A DNA stretch of 64,000 nucleotides. Origin: a virus. The DNA is taken from positions 1 to 64,000 of IMG/VR virus record IMGVR_UViG_3300042290_000327; one strand, written 5' to 3'. The position numbers and the translations under genes are program-made. Of this stretch, positions 9,027 through 17,541 are shown piece after piece (the first letter of the stretch is position 1; each line of letters begins with the position of its first letter). The notes below the pieces were generated by a model. That model searched no databases, was not told the origin of the DNA, and was given only the letters and a program-made list of their open reading frames with translations.

Positions 9027-11360
9027 ATGTCAATAGAAAAAAAGTACTACCTCGTCACCGATAAAGAGACTGTAAACCTCTTAATCCAACACATCCAGGA
9101 ATCAAAAGTAATCGCTTATGATACCGAGACTGACTCCCTCAATATGAGGAAAGGTCAGATTATAGGATTCTCCGTATCGGGGGATATCGGGATGGGGTTC
9201 TACCTCCCTACTATGGCCTGGAACCACCAGACCGGTACCCTAGATGAACTTAACATCGAAGGGGTACCTTGCCACTCTATAGCAAAAAAAATCTTACCTA
9301 TGTTAATCGGCAAGAAGCTTGTGATGCACAACGCATCATTTGACTGCCGTTTTACTAAAAACTTCTATAAGGTTGACCTCCTGGAAAGTTTATGGGTAGA
9401 TACTGCCTTACTAGTCCACACCGTCCAAGAGGAGGGAGCAGGGATGGGAGTATTCGGTCTTAAATCTCTAGCAATATCAGTACAGAATGAAATCGGACTC
9501 GACGTCGAAAAAGCTGCCAACGAAGAGCAGGTCCTGCTCAAGGAATCTATTAAAGCCAACGGAGGTTCAGCTACTAAGGAAAACTACGAGATTTACAAAG
9601 CCGACATGGAGCTTTTGGGGAAGTACGCTGCTGCTGATACCGACCTTACTCTTCGTCTCTGTAGTCATTTTATGGACGTCCTTCAACGAGAGGGTCTTGA
9701 GAAATTCTTCTTCGAAGACGAAGTAATGCCCCTCTACAAGGAGGTTACTATCCCGATGGAGGAGATGGGTGTTGACTTGAATATAGATTTGCTACTTGAG
9801 ACCAGGGATGAGATCTTAAAAGACTTGGCTGAGAATAAGCAGATCGTTCTCAAATCTCTGATAGGTACTAAGGCCGGTCAGGAATGGGTTGTAGACACTG
9901 CTCTAAATGAGTTCCCGCCCTCTAACAAAGGTACATGGGCACAGACACTAGCCGAGCGCTACTCCCTCTCTCTGCCTAAATCTGATAAGACTGGTAAGTT
10001 CTCTATAACCAAAAAGACTTTAGAGGAGCTAGAAGATTCTCCTGCTAAGGAATACTTACTAACCGGGGATCTAAACCTCTTAGATACTATGGAGGCTATG
10101 AAGATATCGATGTCTTTATGGAAGCAAAAGAACGACGGTGACTATGTTAACATCCAGTCTAAAAAGCACCTAGGAGAGATAGCATTTAAGTATATGAATA
10201 TCCGGGCTAGGTCTCAGACCGCTAAAGGTCAGGACCAGTTCGATATGGATATGTTGGAGGATTTATCTAAGACTCACTCCTGGGCCGAAAACCTCCGGGT
10301 GTATAATAAGCTTCTTAAGATTAAGTCTACTTACATCGATCGATTTGTTGATAACGCCGAAGATGGGAAGTACTTCTTTTACTTCAAGCAGCACGGTACT
10401 GTCTCCGGCCGATACGGTTCCGACGCCCAGCAGCTACCCAAACCCAAGGAAGAGGGTGAGGACGTTCCAATTATCGTTAAGTACAATAACGCTGTTAGGG
10501 CTTTCTTGATAGCGGGAGAAGGAAGGAAGATAATTGATGCTGACTACGAGTCACTAGAACCTCACTGCTTTGCTTCAGTATCCGGGGATAGGGGTCTGCA
10601 AGATATCTTTAATAATGGATGGGACTTCTACTCTACAGTTGCTATTAAGGCCGAGAAGCTAGAACTAGATAAAGTCAACTACCCTAATGGAGTTAGTCCG
10701 GATAAAAAATCTCCGGTCTACCTTAAGAAGATTGATCCCGTTAAAAGGAATAAAGCCAAGGCCTACTCGCTAGGAATCGCTTACGGTATGGAGGCTTACG
10801 CGTTAGGAAAGTCTCTTGACATAGATCAGAAAGCAGCCCAGATACTAGTTGACGGATACTTGGATGGGTTCCCTGAGCTTAAGGCCTGGAGGATCAACTC
10901 CCGGCAGCACGTCAAAGAGCACGGCTCTATTAAGAATAAAGTAGGCCGAGTGAGGCACCTACCTAAAGTCCAGAGACTCTACCTTAAGTACGGAGATCAG
11001 ATCATGGACTGGAGATATAGGAATGAGCTCGCTAATACTTACGGCAAGGAACAGGTCATGAGCATGTATAGGGATTATCGCAACGGACTTAATAACTGCC
11101 TGAACTATCAGCTGCAGTCACTAGCAGCGGCTGTTGTAAACCGGGCTGCTATTCAGATCAATCGAAAACTTAAAGAGATGGGTATCGACGGACGAGTCCA
11201 GGCTCAGGTCCATGACCAGCTCATAATCAACGTCCCGGAACATCAGGCTGAGTTAGTAGCTCCTATCGTAAAAGAGATCATGGAAAACACCACCCAGCTA
11301 GAAGGAGTAACTCTAAAAGCACCTCCTGAGATTACCAATAATTGGCGAGACGGACACTAA
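9027..11360 (+). CDS. polA: DNA polymerase family A with 3'-5' exonuclease
   Basis: YDTETD ExoI, HNASFD ExoII, GTVSGR, DADY motif A, KAYSLGIAYG motif B, QVHDQ motif C; ATG 9027 follows promoter. Confidence 0.93.
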   Translation: MSIEKKYYLVTDKETVNLLIQHIQESKVIAYDTETDSLNMRKGQIIGFSVSGDIGMGFYLPTMAWNHQTGTLDELNIEGVPCHSIAKKILPMLIGKKLVMHNASFDCRFTKNFYKVDLLESLWVDTALLVHTVQEEGAGMGVFGLKSLAISVQNEIGLDVEKAANEEQVLLKESIKANGGSATKENYEIYKADMELLGKYAAADTDLTLRLCSHFMDVLQREGLEKFFFEDEVMPLYKEVTIPMEEMGVDLNIDLLLETRDEILKDLAENKQIVLKSLIGTKAGQEWVVDTALNEFPPSNKGTWAQTLAERYSLSLPKSDKTGKFSITKKTLEELEDSPAKEYLLTGDLNLLDTMEAMKISMSLWKQKNDGDYVNIQSKKHLGEIAFKYMNIRARSQTAKGQDQFDMDMLEDLSKTHSWAENLRVYNKLLKIKSTYIDRFVDNAEDGKYFFYFKQHGTVSGRYGSDAQQLPKPKEEGEDVPIIVKYNNAVRAFLIAGEGRKIIDADYESLEPHCFASVSGDRGLQDIFNNGWDFYSTVAIKAEKLELDKVNYPNGVSPDKKSPVYLKKIDPVKRNKAKAYSLGIAYGMEAYALGKSLDIDQKAAQILVDGYLDGFPELKAWRINSRQHVKEHGSIKNKVGRVRHLPKVQRLYLKYGDQIMDWRYRNELANTYGKEQVMSMYRDYRNGLNNCLNYQLQSLAAAVVNRAAIQINRKLKEMGIDGRVQAQVHDQLIINVPEHQAELVAPIVKEIMENTTQLEGVTLKAPPEITNNWRDGH

Positions 11361-11370
11361 AATTTCTAAC

Positions 11371-12222
11371 GTGCTAATAGATACATTTCCATACTTTAAC
11401 GAACGAGAACTTTTAGAGTTACGTATCAAGCTTCTGTACGATCACGTAGATAAGTTTATTATCTGTGAAGGAGACCATACACACAAAGGAGATCCTAAAC
11501 CTCTAACCTGTAAACAGACTCTTAAGGAACTAGGACTTCTAACTGATAAAGTACAGGTTGTAGAGGTTAAAATGCCTTCATACGATCAAGAACCAGATCC
11601 CTGGGTTCGAGAGAGAATGCAGCGCAATGCTGTTCAAGAGTTCATACAGGAAGGAGATGTAATTATTGTCTCTGATTGTGATGAGATTATCGACCCAGCT
11701 GTTATCAGTCACCATGTCGCTTCAGTATATAACCTCCCTGAGAAAATATTAAGGCTTCCAATGGTGAATCTTAACGGGAGAGCAGATCTACGAGTGCACA
11801 AAACATCTGGCGAACCAGCTCACTGGTGGGCAGGATTTGTATGCGGAACTTTTCACTTACAGAAGTGGTCTTTATCTGATTTACGAGAATCTGCTACATT
11901 AGGGAAACCTTTATTAGAGTACACTCACTCTCATTTAATACTGGAAGATCACCCGACTATGGGATGGCACTTCACCTGGATGGGAAACCCTCAAAGACGT
12001 AAGATTAAAAAGAAAGCTTTCGCTCACTGGAATGATAAGATTGACGGTATAGGAAATCTAGATAGCGATAAACTTGATAAATTTATAGACGAGTACAATC
12101 CGGCTCCCGAAAGTACTGATCCGCTAGGAAGAGAAGATAGTATCCTTCAACCTTACAGCACTGAAGACCTTCCAGATCTTATTTTTAAATTACCTGCTGT
12201 GAAAAAATTTTTATTTAACTAA
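11371..12222 (+). CDS. glycosyltransferase family 17-like
   Basis: DTFPYFNE.ELLELR, VDKFII.E, ERMQRN, SDCDEI, GWHFTW. Confidence 0.8.
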   Translation: MLIDTFPYFNERELLELRIKLLYDHVDKFIICEGDHTHKGDPKPLTCKQTLKELGLLTDKVQVVEVKMPSYDQEPDPWVRERMQRNAVQEFIQEGDVIIVSDCDEIIDPAVISHHVASVYNLPEKILRLPMVNLNGRADLRVHKTSGEPAHWWAGFVCGTFHLQKWSLSDLRESATLGKPLLEYTHSHLILEDHPTMGWHFTWMGNPQRRKIKKKAFAHWNDKIDGIGNLDSDKLDKFIDEYNPAPESTDPLGREDSILQPYSTEDLPDLIFKLPAVKKFLFN

Positions 12223-12794
12223 TGGAACATTTTTACCATAATATACAAGGGTGGTTTACTTACCCAAATCTATACTCTGAAATGGTTAATAGAGCTTTAG
12301 TTCCTGCACATTTTGTAGAGGTAGGGGTTTGGAAAGGAACTAGTGCAGCCTACATGGCAGTAGAAATAGCAAATTCGGGAAAAACTATAAAGTTTGACTG
12401 TATTGATACCTGGGAGGGATCAGAAGAACATTTGGACCCTGCTAGTTCAGCTTTTGAACTCAACCTCTTGACTAACCAAGACTGGCTTTATGATACCTTT
12501 ATAACTAATATGAAACCAGTACAAGAATGGTATACTCCTTACCGAATGGAATCGCTGCAGGCAGTAAAGCTCTATCAGCCAGCTTCATTGGATTTTGTAT
12601 TTATTGATGCTGCCCACGACTACCAAAGTGTACTAGCTGATATTCAAGCATGGTTTCCAAAAGTAAAAGGAAGTATTGCAGGTCATGACTATAGCTGGAG
12701 CGAGGAAGTTAAGCAGGCTGTACATGATTTTTTTGACCCACTAGGACTAGAGGTGAGAGAAACTGAAGGTTGTTGGGTTGTATATAAAAGTTAA
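12222..12794 (+). CDS. class I SAM methyltransferase (Methyltransf_24-like)
   Basis: VEVGVWKGTS, DFVFIDAAHDY, IAGHDY. Confidence 0.85.
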   Translation: MEHFYHNIQGWFTYPNLYSEMVNRALVPAHFVEVGVWKGTSAAYMAVEIANSGKTIKFDCIDTWEGSEEHLDPASSAFELNLLTNQDWLYDTFITNMKPVQEWYTPYRMESLQAVKLYQPASLDFVFIDAAHDYQSVLADIQAWFPKVKGSIAGHDYSWSEEVKQAVHDFFDPLGLEVRETEGCWVVYKS

Positions 12795-12896
12795 TTTGTA
12801 TATATTTATATAAAAGAGCAGGGGACCGCTCTAAACGACTCACCGACTGGGAGTCAGGTTATGTTAAATTATTAATTAAAAATAGATCTTAGGACT

Positions 12897-13334
12897 ATGA
12901 CACACATCAAGTACACCCCATGGACTGTAGATTATACATCCACATTCGATATCCTTTTTAAGGATTTCTTTAACACAAACTCAACGTTTGTATCCCCGAT
13001 CGATCAAAAGATCGGACATCCAGTAGATATTTATGAAAACGAAAAAGGGTTATTCTTCGAGATCGCCGCTACCGGCCTCTCGAAACAAGATACCAAAATC
13101 TCCATTGAAGGTGACGTCCTTCGAATTATTCACGATAAAGTGGAAGAGCAGATCGATAAGACTAAAGTTCGTTATTACAACAAAGGACTTAGTAAGCGAT
13201 CGTTCAATCTAGGTTATAAGATCGCCCGTCGATTTGATTTGAGTAGCATTGACGCTCAGATGAAAGACGGATTACTAACTATTTCAATCTCTCATGCTGA
13301 AGGCAATAAGCCTCACGAAGTAGAGATTAAATAG
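12897..13334 (+). CDS. small heat shock protein Hsp20
   Basis: PVDIYE, RSFNL, AQMKDGLLTI alpha-crystallin motifs. Confidence 0.9.
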   Translation: MTHIKYTPWTVDYTSTFDILFKDFFNTNSTFVSPIDQKIGHPVDIYENEKGLFFEIAATGLSKQDTKISIEGDVLRIIHDKVEEQIDKTKVRYYNKGLSKRSFNLGYKIARRFDLSSIDAQMKDGLLTISISHAEGNKPHEVEIK

Positions 13335-13392
13335 AGTTGCATTTGGTCCCCTGCAATTTTTTTCGTATCTTTAAGTATTAATCAATATAGTT

Positions 13393-13674
13393 ATGACAAG
13401 AGGAAAAAAAGTTGGGCATATTAAGCCGCAAATTACCATTAAGGATGAGATGATCAATCCTTACTACGTTAGTGTAGATGAGAATCAATTCACCGTTCAG
13501 ATCGAAGGTTCTACTCTCCCGCTTGGGTACTTCAGTACTCTGGAAGTAGCTATCAAACGTATCGCAAAATACAAGCTTGTAGAGAATCTTAATCAGTCTA
13601 CTGTTGACTTGAATAGCTTTCTCAAGGCTTACGATACTGTTCTAAATCAAATCAATAATAGAATCCCAGTATGA
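13393..13674 (+). CDS. hypothetical protein
   Basis: ORF after promoter, coupled to groES. Confidence 0.7.
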   Translation: MTRGKKVGHIKPQITIKDEMINPYYVSVDENQFTVQIEGSTLPLGYFSTLEVAIKRIAKYKLVENLNQSTVDLNSFLKAYDTVLNQINNRIPV

Positions 13675-13967
13675 AAAAATTAATTCCGCTCAATGATCGG
13701 ATAGTTGTAAAACCTATCGAGCAGTCCGAGCAGATGTACGGCAATATTATTATTGCTGATATGGGCAGAGAGCGCCCGGAGATGGGTGAAGTCATCGCAG
13801 TAGGACCCGGTCGGATGTCCGAATACGGCAAATTCATTCCCGTCAACGTAAATGTTGGGGATGTGGTGCTGCTGCCTAAGATCGGAACTATCCGAGTAGA
13901 GTTCGACGGTGAGGAATACTACATCGGTCAATCAAGAGAAATCCTTTGTAAAGTAACAGAAAAATGA
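13671..13967 (+). CDS. groES: co-chaperonin GroES
   Basis: PLNDRIVV, GEVIAVGPG, VGDVVL. Confidence 0.95.
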   Translation: MKKLIPLNDRIVVKPIEQSEQMYGNIIIADMGRERPEMGEVIAVGPGRMSEYGKFIPVNVNVGDVVLLPKIGTIRVEFDGEEYYIGQSREILCKVTEK

Positions 13968-15598
13968 GTAAGAGAGTAGAATTTTCAAATCAAGCCCGTC
14001 TACGGCTCCTAGCAGGAGTTGAGCAGCTTGCCAACGCAGTAACTTCGACATTAGGTCCTAACGGCCGGAATGTCATCATCGAGCAATCAGCCGGTAACCC
14101 GACCTCAACCAAGGACGGTGTGACGGTTGCCAAGGCGATGGAGCTAGAAGATACTATCGAGAACATGGGTGCCCAGCTGGTAAAGCAAGCATCCATTAAG
14201 ACCGCTGACGGAGCCGGTGACGGTACTACTACCTCAACCCTTCTGGCGTACGAGATCTACAGAGAGGGTCTAGAGTATCTAGACTTACATAACGCTGTTG
14301 ATATCAGCCGAGGAGTAGCCAAGGCTACTAAAGGAGTGGTAGAGTATCTGGAGAAACAGGCCCGCGAAATCACTGACGAGAATCAGCTAAGACAGGTAGC
14401 TACTATCTCAGCCAACAACGACCCAGAGGTCGGAGAGCTGATTGCTGCTGCAATGGATAAGGTAGGCCGGGATGGAGTCGTTACTATTGAAGAGTCAAGG
14501 ACGGGTGAGACCTATCTAGAGACTGTTGAGGGTATGCAATTCAATAGAGGTTACAAGTCGATATACTTTGTTACCGATAACAATAGCATGACTGCAGCTC
14601 TGACTAATCCACTGGTGCTGATAACGGATAAAAAGGTTACCGCTGCTAAAGAGCTGCTACCTATACTAGAGGCTTGCTCGGCACAGAACAAGGCTCTGCT
14701 TATTATCGCCGATGACATCGACGGTGAGGCTTTATCAACGCTGGTGGTCAATAAGATGAGAGGTATCTTGCAGGTGGTGGCTGTGAAGGCTCCTGAGTTC
14801 GGAGATCGCAAAAAAGCTATCCTTGAGGATATCGCTACACTGACCGGCGGTCAAGTAGTATCAGCCGAGAAAGGAATGAGACTTGAGAAGTTCAATACCG
14901 ACTGGCTAGGTTCAGCCCGGAAGGTCACCATCGGGAAAGAAGAGACTACAATCGTTGACGGCAAAGGCACCTCAGAAGCTATCCAGGAACGGGTTGAAGA
15001 GATCAAAGCTATGATCGATAACTCAAAGTCACCTTTCGAAAAAGAGTCCTTGCAGGACCGGTTAGGTAGGCTAATAGGCGGTGTAGCGATCGTTTACGTA
15101 GGAGGTCAATCTGAACTAGAGATGAAGGAGAAAAAAGATAGGGTAGAGGATGCACTGCATGCTACTAAGGCAGCCTTGCAGGAGGGCATTTTGCCGGGTG
15201 GTGGTATCGCACTGCTTAACGCCGGCCGCTTCCTGGAGTCAAATAAAGGTGATCTGCATTTCGCTAACACCTCTACTGAGGTCGGATATAATATCCTTCT
15301 GCAGGCTATCAATAAGCCCTTCTTTAAGATCCTGACTAATGCCGGGTACAGTACCGAGTACTGTGATGGCATCAAGGCTAAGGTTCTTGACACGGGTAAT
15401 CCCTGGCAAGGTTTTAATCTACGGACTGAAGAGTACGTTGATATGTTTGAGGAAGGTATTATCGATCCTGCCAAGGTAACACGCCTGGCATTAGAAAATG
15501 CAGCTTCAATTGCAGGTACTATGCTTACAACCGAATGCGTTATAAGCAACCTAAAGGAGAAGAGCAGTGACCCTATGGATTTTAATTCAATGATGTAA
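13964..15598 (+). CDS. groEL: chaperonin GroEL
   Basis: TLGPNGRNV, TKDGVTVA, GDGTTT, GIIDPAKV. Confidence 0.97.
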   Translation: MSKRVEFSNQARLRLLAGVEQLANAVTSTLGPNGRNVIIEQSAGNPTSTKDGVTVAKAMELEDTIENMGAQLVKQASIKTADGAGDGTTTSTLLAYEIYREGLEYLDLHNAVDISRGVAKATKGVVEYLEKQAREITDENQLRQVATISANNDPEVGELIAAAMDKVGRDGVVTIEESRTGETYLETVEGMQFNRGYKSIYFVTDNNSMTAALTNPLVLITDKKVTAAKELLPILEACSAQNKALLIIADDIDGEALSTLVVNKMRGILQVVAVKAPEFGDRKKAILEDIATLTGGQVVSAEKGMRLEKFNTDWLGSARKVTIGKEETTIVDGKGTSEAIQERVEEIKAMIDNSKSPFEKESLQDRLGRLIGGVAIVYVGGQSELEMKEKKDRVEDALHATKAALQEGILPGGGIALLNAGRFLESNKGDLHFANTSTEVGYNILLQAINKPFFKILTNAGYSTEYCDGIKAKVLDTGNPWQGFNLRTEEYVDMFEEGIIDPAKVTRLALENAASIAGTMLTTECVISNLKEKSSDPMDFNSMM

Positions 15599-15735
15599 TG
15601 AGCAAAGTTTCAAGCAAAGCCCGGTACGAGGCATTTCAGGAGTGGTATAAGTGGGCGTCCAATCGCTACGCTTCTTTAAAAAAGAAAAGACGCCCTGACT
15701 CCCAGGACGGTAACTCCAATACTCCTCAGCGATGA
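15598..15735 (+). CDS. small basic hypothetical protein (45 aa)
   Basis: TAATG coupling to groEL; not in ORF track. Confidence 0.45.
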   Translation: MSKVSSKARYEAFQEWYKWASNRYASLKKKRRPDSQDGNSNTPQR

Positions 15736-15899
15736 AGTTCAAGCCCGGTGATACAGTCAAGGTTCTAGATCCTAGAATCAGCTTTACAGTATGTAAGGTA
15801 GTAGAAGTAGAAGGTGCTATCATCCGTATAGAAGATGCCTCAGGAGCAATCCACGAAGTATTCGCTGAACAGCTCCATAAGCAGCTACTATTTGGTTAA
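15732..15899 (+). CDS. small SH3/KOW-like hypothetical protein (55 aa)
   Basis: ATGA coupling; MKFKPGDTVKV pattern. Confidence 0.55.
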   Translation: MKFKPGDTVKVLDPRISFTVCKVVEVEGAIIRIEDASGAIHEVFAEQLHKQLLFG

Positions 15900-15976
15900 A
15901 ACTCTTCTTAGCAGCTTTAGACCTTCGGGGCTATTTATCTTAGTACTATCTCTAGTTTAATTTTGTCTTACTAAAA

Positions 15977-16147
15977 ATGGATCTTAATCGGATTGAAGAA
16001 CTAGGGTTCTTAGCTCACAAGGAAGGTTTTTTCACTCAATGGCAGGACACTGCCTCGCGTTATCTAAAGCGAGAGAACTACCAAGATTCTACTGAAGCCT
16101 ACGAAAGAGCTTACGCAAAATACTCCCAAACAGTTGGATCAAATTAA
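15977..16147 (+). CDS. small hypothetical protein (56 aa)
   Basis: MDLNRIEELG...GSN* after A-rich leader. Confidence 0.5.
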   Translation: MDLNRIEELGFLAHKEGFFTQWQDTASRYLKRENYQDSTEAYERAYAKYSQTVGSN

Positions 16148-16427
16148 ACAAGTTATTATATTTAGCTAGATGAATGGTTTTAGATTTTTGTATTGGGATG
16201 ATTATGAAGCGCCTAAGGGAGACAGCAGAGGAGAGAGCTCTAGCACAGAAGATACGCCGGAAAATGATTCAAAGGGATCACGGGGCGGAAAAGACCCGGT
16301 ATAGACGAGATAAGAGTTGGATGCGAAATGAGTTGGATTGACGAATACGACAATTGGGCACCCGACAGTCCTATGAGCGGACACGTCCTCCATATAGAGG
16401 AGGAAGAGGAGTAAACTCCTAAACCAA

Positions 16428-16512
16428 GCACCAGTGATGAAATGGTAGACATGAGGGACTTAAAATCCCTTGGGCAGGAATGCTCGTGCCGGTTCGAGTC
16501 CGGCCTGGTGTA
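16428..16512 (+). tRNA. tRNA-Leu(TAA)
   Basis: GCACCAG/CTGGTGT acceptor, AGGGA-CTTAAAA-TCCCT, long variable arm. Confidence 0.95.
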
Positions 16513-16535
16513 CAAAAGAAAAAGTTTTTAAAAAA

Positions 16536-16567
16536 GTTGCCTTAATAAAAAATTCTTCATATATTTA
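16536..16567 (+). promoter_or_regulatory. Bacteroidota-type promoter of leader peptide
   Basis: GTTG-N20-TATATTTA, 7 nt before ATG 16575. Confidence 0.75.
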
Positions 16568-16574
16568 TATAACG

Positions 16575-16658
16575 ATGAGACACTGCTTTACATATAACGC
16601 GTCGTGGACACTTCCAGTGCAGAGCATTGAGAAGGATGGTCCTATGTATGCCGGGTGA
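16575..16658 (+). CDS. putative attenuator leader peptide MRHCFTYNASWTLPVQSIEKDGPMYAG (all 20 amino acids)
   Basis: 20 different residues in first 22 codons; 3' end overlaps antiterminator strand. Confidence 0.8.
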   Translation: MRHCFTYNASWTLPVQSIEKDGPMYAG

Positions 16659-16697
16659 AGCAGTCTTAGAGTAACTACGAGACTACAGAAGCCCGGC
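16650..16697 (+). promoter_or_regulatory. putative antiterminator
   Basis: GCCGGGT 16650-16656 can pair with terminator 5' arm GCCCGGC 16691-16697, enclosing AGTCT/AGACT hairpin. Confidence 0.7.
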
Positions 16698-16722
16698 CCC
16701 CAAAGCCGGGTTTTTTGTTTTT
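16689..16722 (+). terminator. intrinsic terminator of the attenuator
   Basis: AAGCCCGGC-CCCCAAA-GCCGGGTTTTTTGTTTTT. Confidence 0.9.
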
Positions 16723-16753
16723 AAGTAGTTACAAAAAAAAAAATAGCCGAAAA

Positions 16754-16785
16754 GTTGGACTGAAGTAAAAACGGTTCTATCTTTA
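16754..16785 (+). promoter_or_regulatory. promoter of tRNA array
   Basis: GTTG-N20-TATCTTTA. Confidence 0.7.
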
Positions 16786-16811
16786 GGTCACTGAGTCGGT
16801 AACACGGCGAA

Positions 16812-16832
16812 GTTCTTTGACATACTGGTAAA
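16812..16832 (+). promoter_or_regulatory. boxA-like element / leader strand of long-range helix (copy 1)
   Basis: GTTCTTTGACATACTGGTAAA resembles rrn boxA; repeated at 20225. Confidence 0.65.
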
Positions 16833-16835
16833 AAT

Positions 16836-16908
16836 GATTCCGTAGCTCAGTTGGTAGAGCAGTACACTTTTAATGTACGGGCCGTGGGTTCGAGCCCCAC
16901 CGGGATCA
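16836..16908 (+). tRNA. tRNA-Lys(TTT)
   Basis: cloverleaf, GTACA-CTTTTAA-TGTAC. Confidence 0.95.
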
Positions 16909-17015
16909 CAGGCGGTTATGCTTCCGAAGTGCTGGTTAGACTGAGACACCTAATCGATGAGCCCATCAAAAAGTGAGTAGTTTTGTGGTAACTACTTAAA
17001 AGTAAACCGCAACAC

Positions 17016-17133
17016 AGTCAGGTGGCGGAATGGTAGACGCACGAAAAAGCAGGTGAGATACAGACTGCTCCAGCAATGGATGATCAAGTGTCCTTGGAAG
17101 GCTCACACACAGGTTCGATTCCTGTCCTGACTA
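17016..17133 (+). ncRNA. tRNA-scaffold RNA copy 1 (118 nt)
   Basis: AGTCAGG/CCTGACT-A acceptor, Leu-type D arm, T arm; unique insert instead of anticodon arm. Confidence 0.75.
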
Positions 17134-17223
17134 CGATTCATAGTGAACCATCTATGAACACAACCAAAGAGTAATATTGGAGGAACTATCAAAGTGGTGA
17201 CGGCTCGGAAAGACGAGTATTAT

Positions 17224-17295
17224 TGGACAGAGCAGGGTATTGCAGCTTGAGGTTCCTAGGCTCAAGAAGATGTGGTTCGAGCCCACACTGTCCAG
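17224..17295 (+). tRNA. atypical tRNA-like RNA (central CCT, 9-nt anticodon loop)
   Basis: TGGACAG/CTGTCCA, GCA/TGC mini D arm, CTTGAG-GTTCCTAGG-CTCAAG, TGTGG-TTCGAGC-CCACA. Confidence 0.6.
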
Positions 17296-17300
17296 CAAAC

Positions 17301-17384
17301 AGTCAGGTGGCGGAATGGTAGACGCAGTAGGGAGAGCCAAAGAGGTATCTACGAAAGTTACAGGTTCGAATCCTGTCCTGACTA
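17301..17384 (+). ncRNA. tRNA-scaffold RNA copy 2 (84 nt)
   Basis: same scaffold; GTAGG/TCTAC stem with 16-nt loop. Confidence 0.75.
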
Positions 17385-17465
17385 CCTAGCCTTGATTTGG
17401 GGCAAGTGCTCGTACATGTTTGCGGGTAAGTCAATACTAAATCTATACTGATGGAAAGACATCGG

Positions 17466-17541
17466 AGTCGGGAAAAGTTGGCATCGGAATGAGCAGTTCG
17501 AAATGTTTCACCGAGTGCAGGTTCGAATCCTGTCCTGACTA
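17466..17541 (+). ncRNA. tRNA-scaffold RNA copy 3 (76 nt, D arm lost)
   Basis: AGTCGGG/CCTGACT acceptor with G-U, T arm, TCGG/CCGA inner stem. Confidence 0.65.

Noticed and set aside
16470-16574. Longer 62-aa version of the leader ORF from the ORF track
   Set aside because: It starts at TTG inside tRNA-Leu and spans the promoter; ATG 16575 is the credible start.
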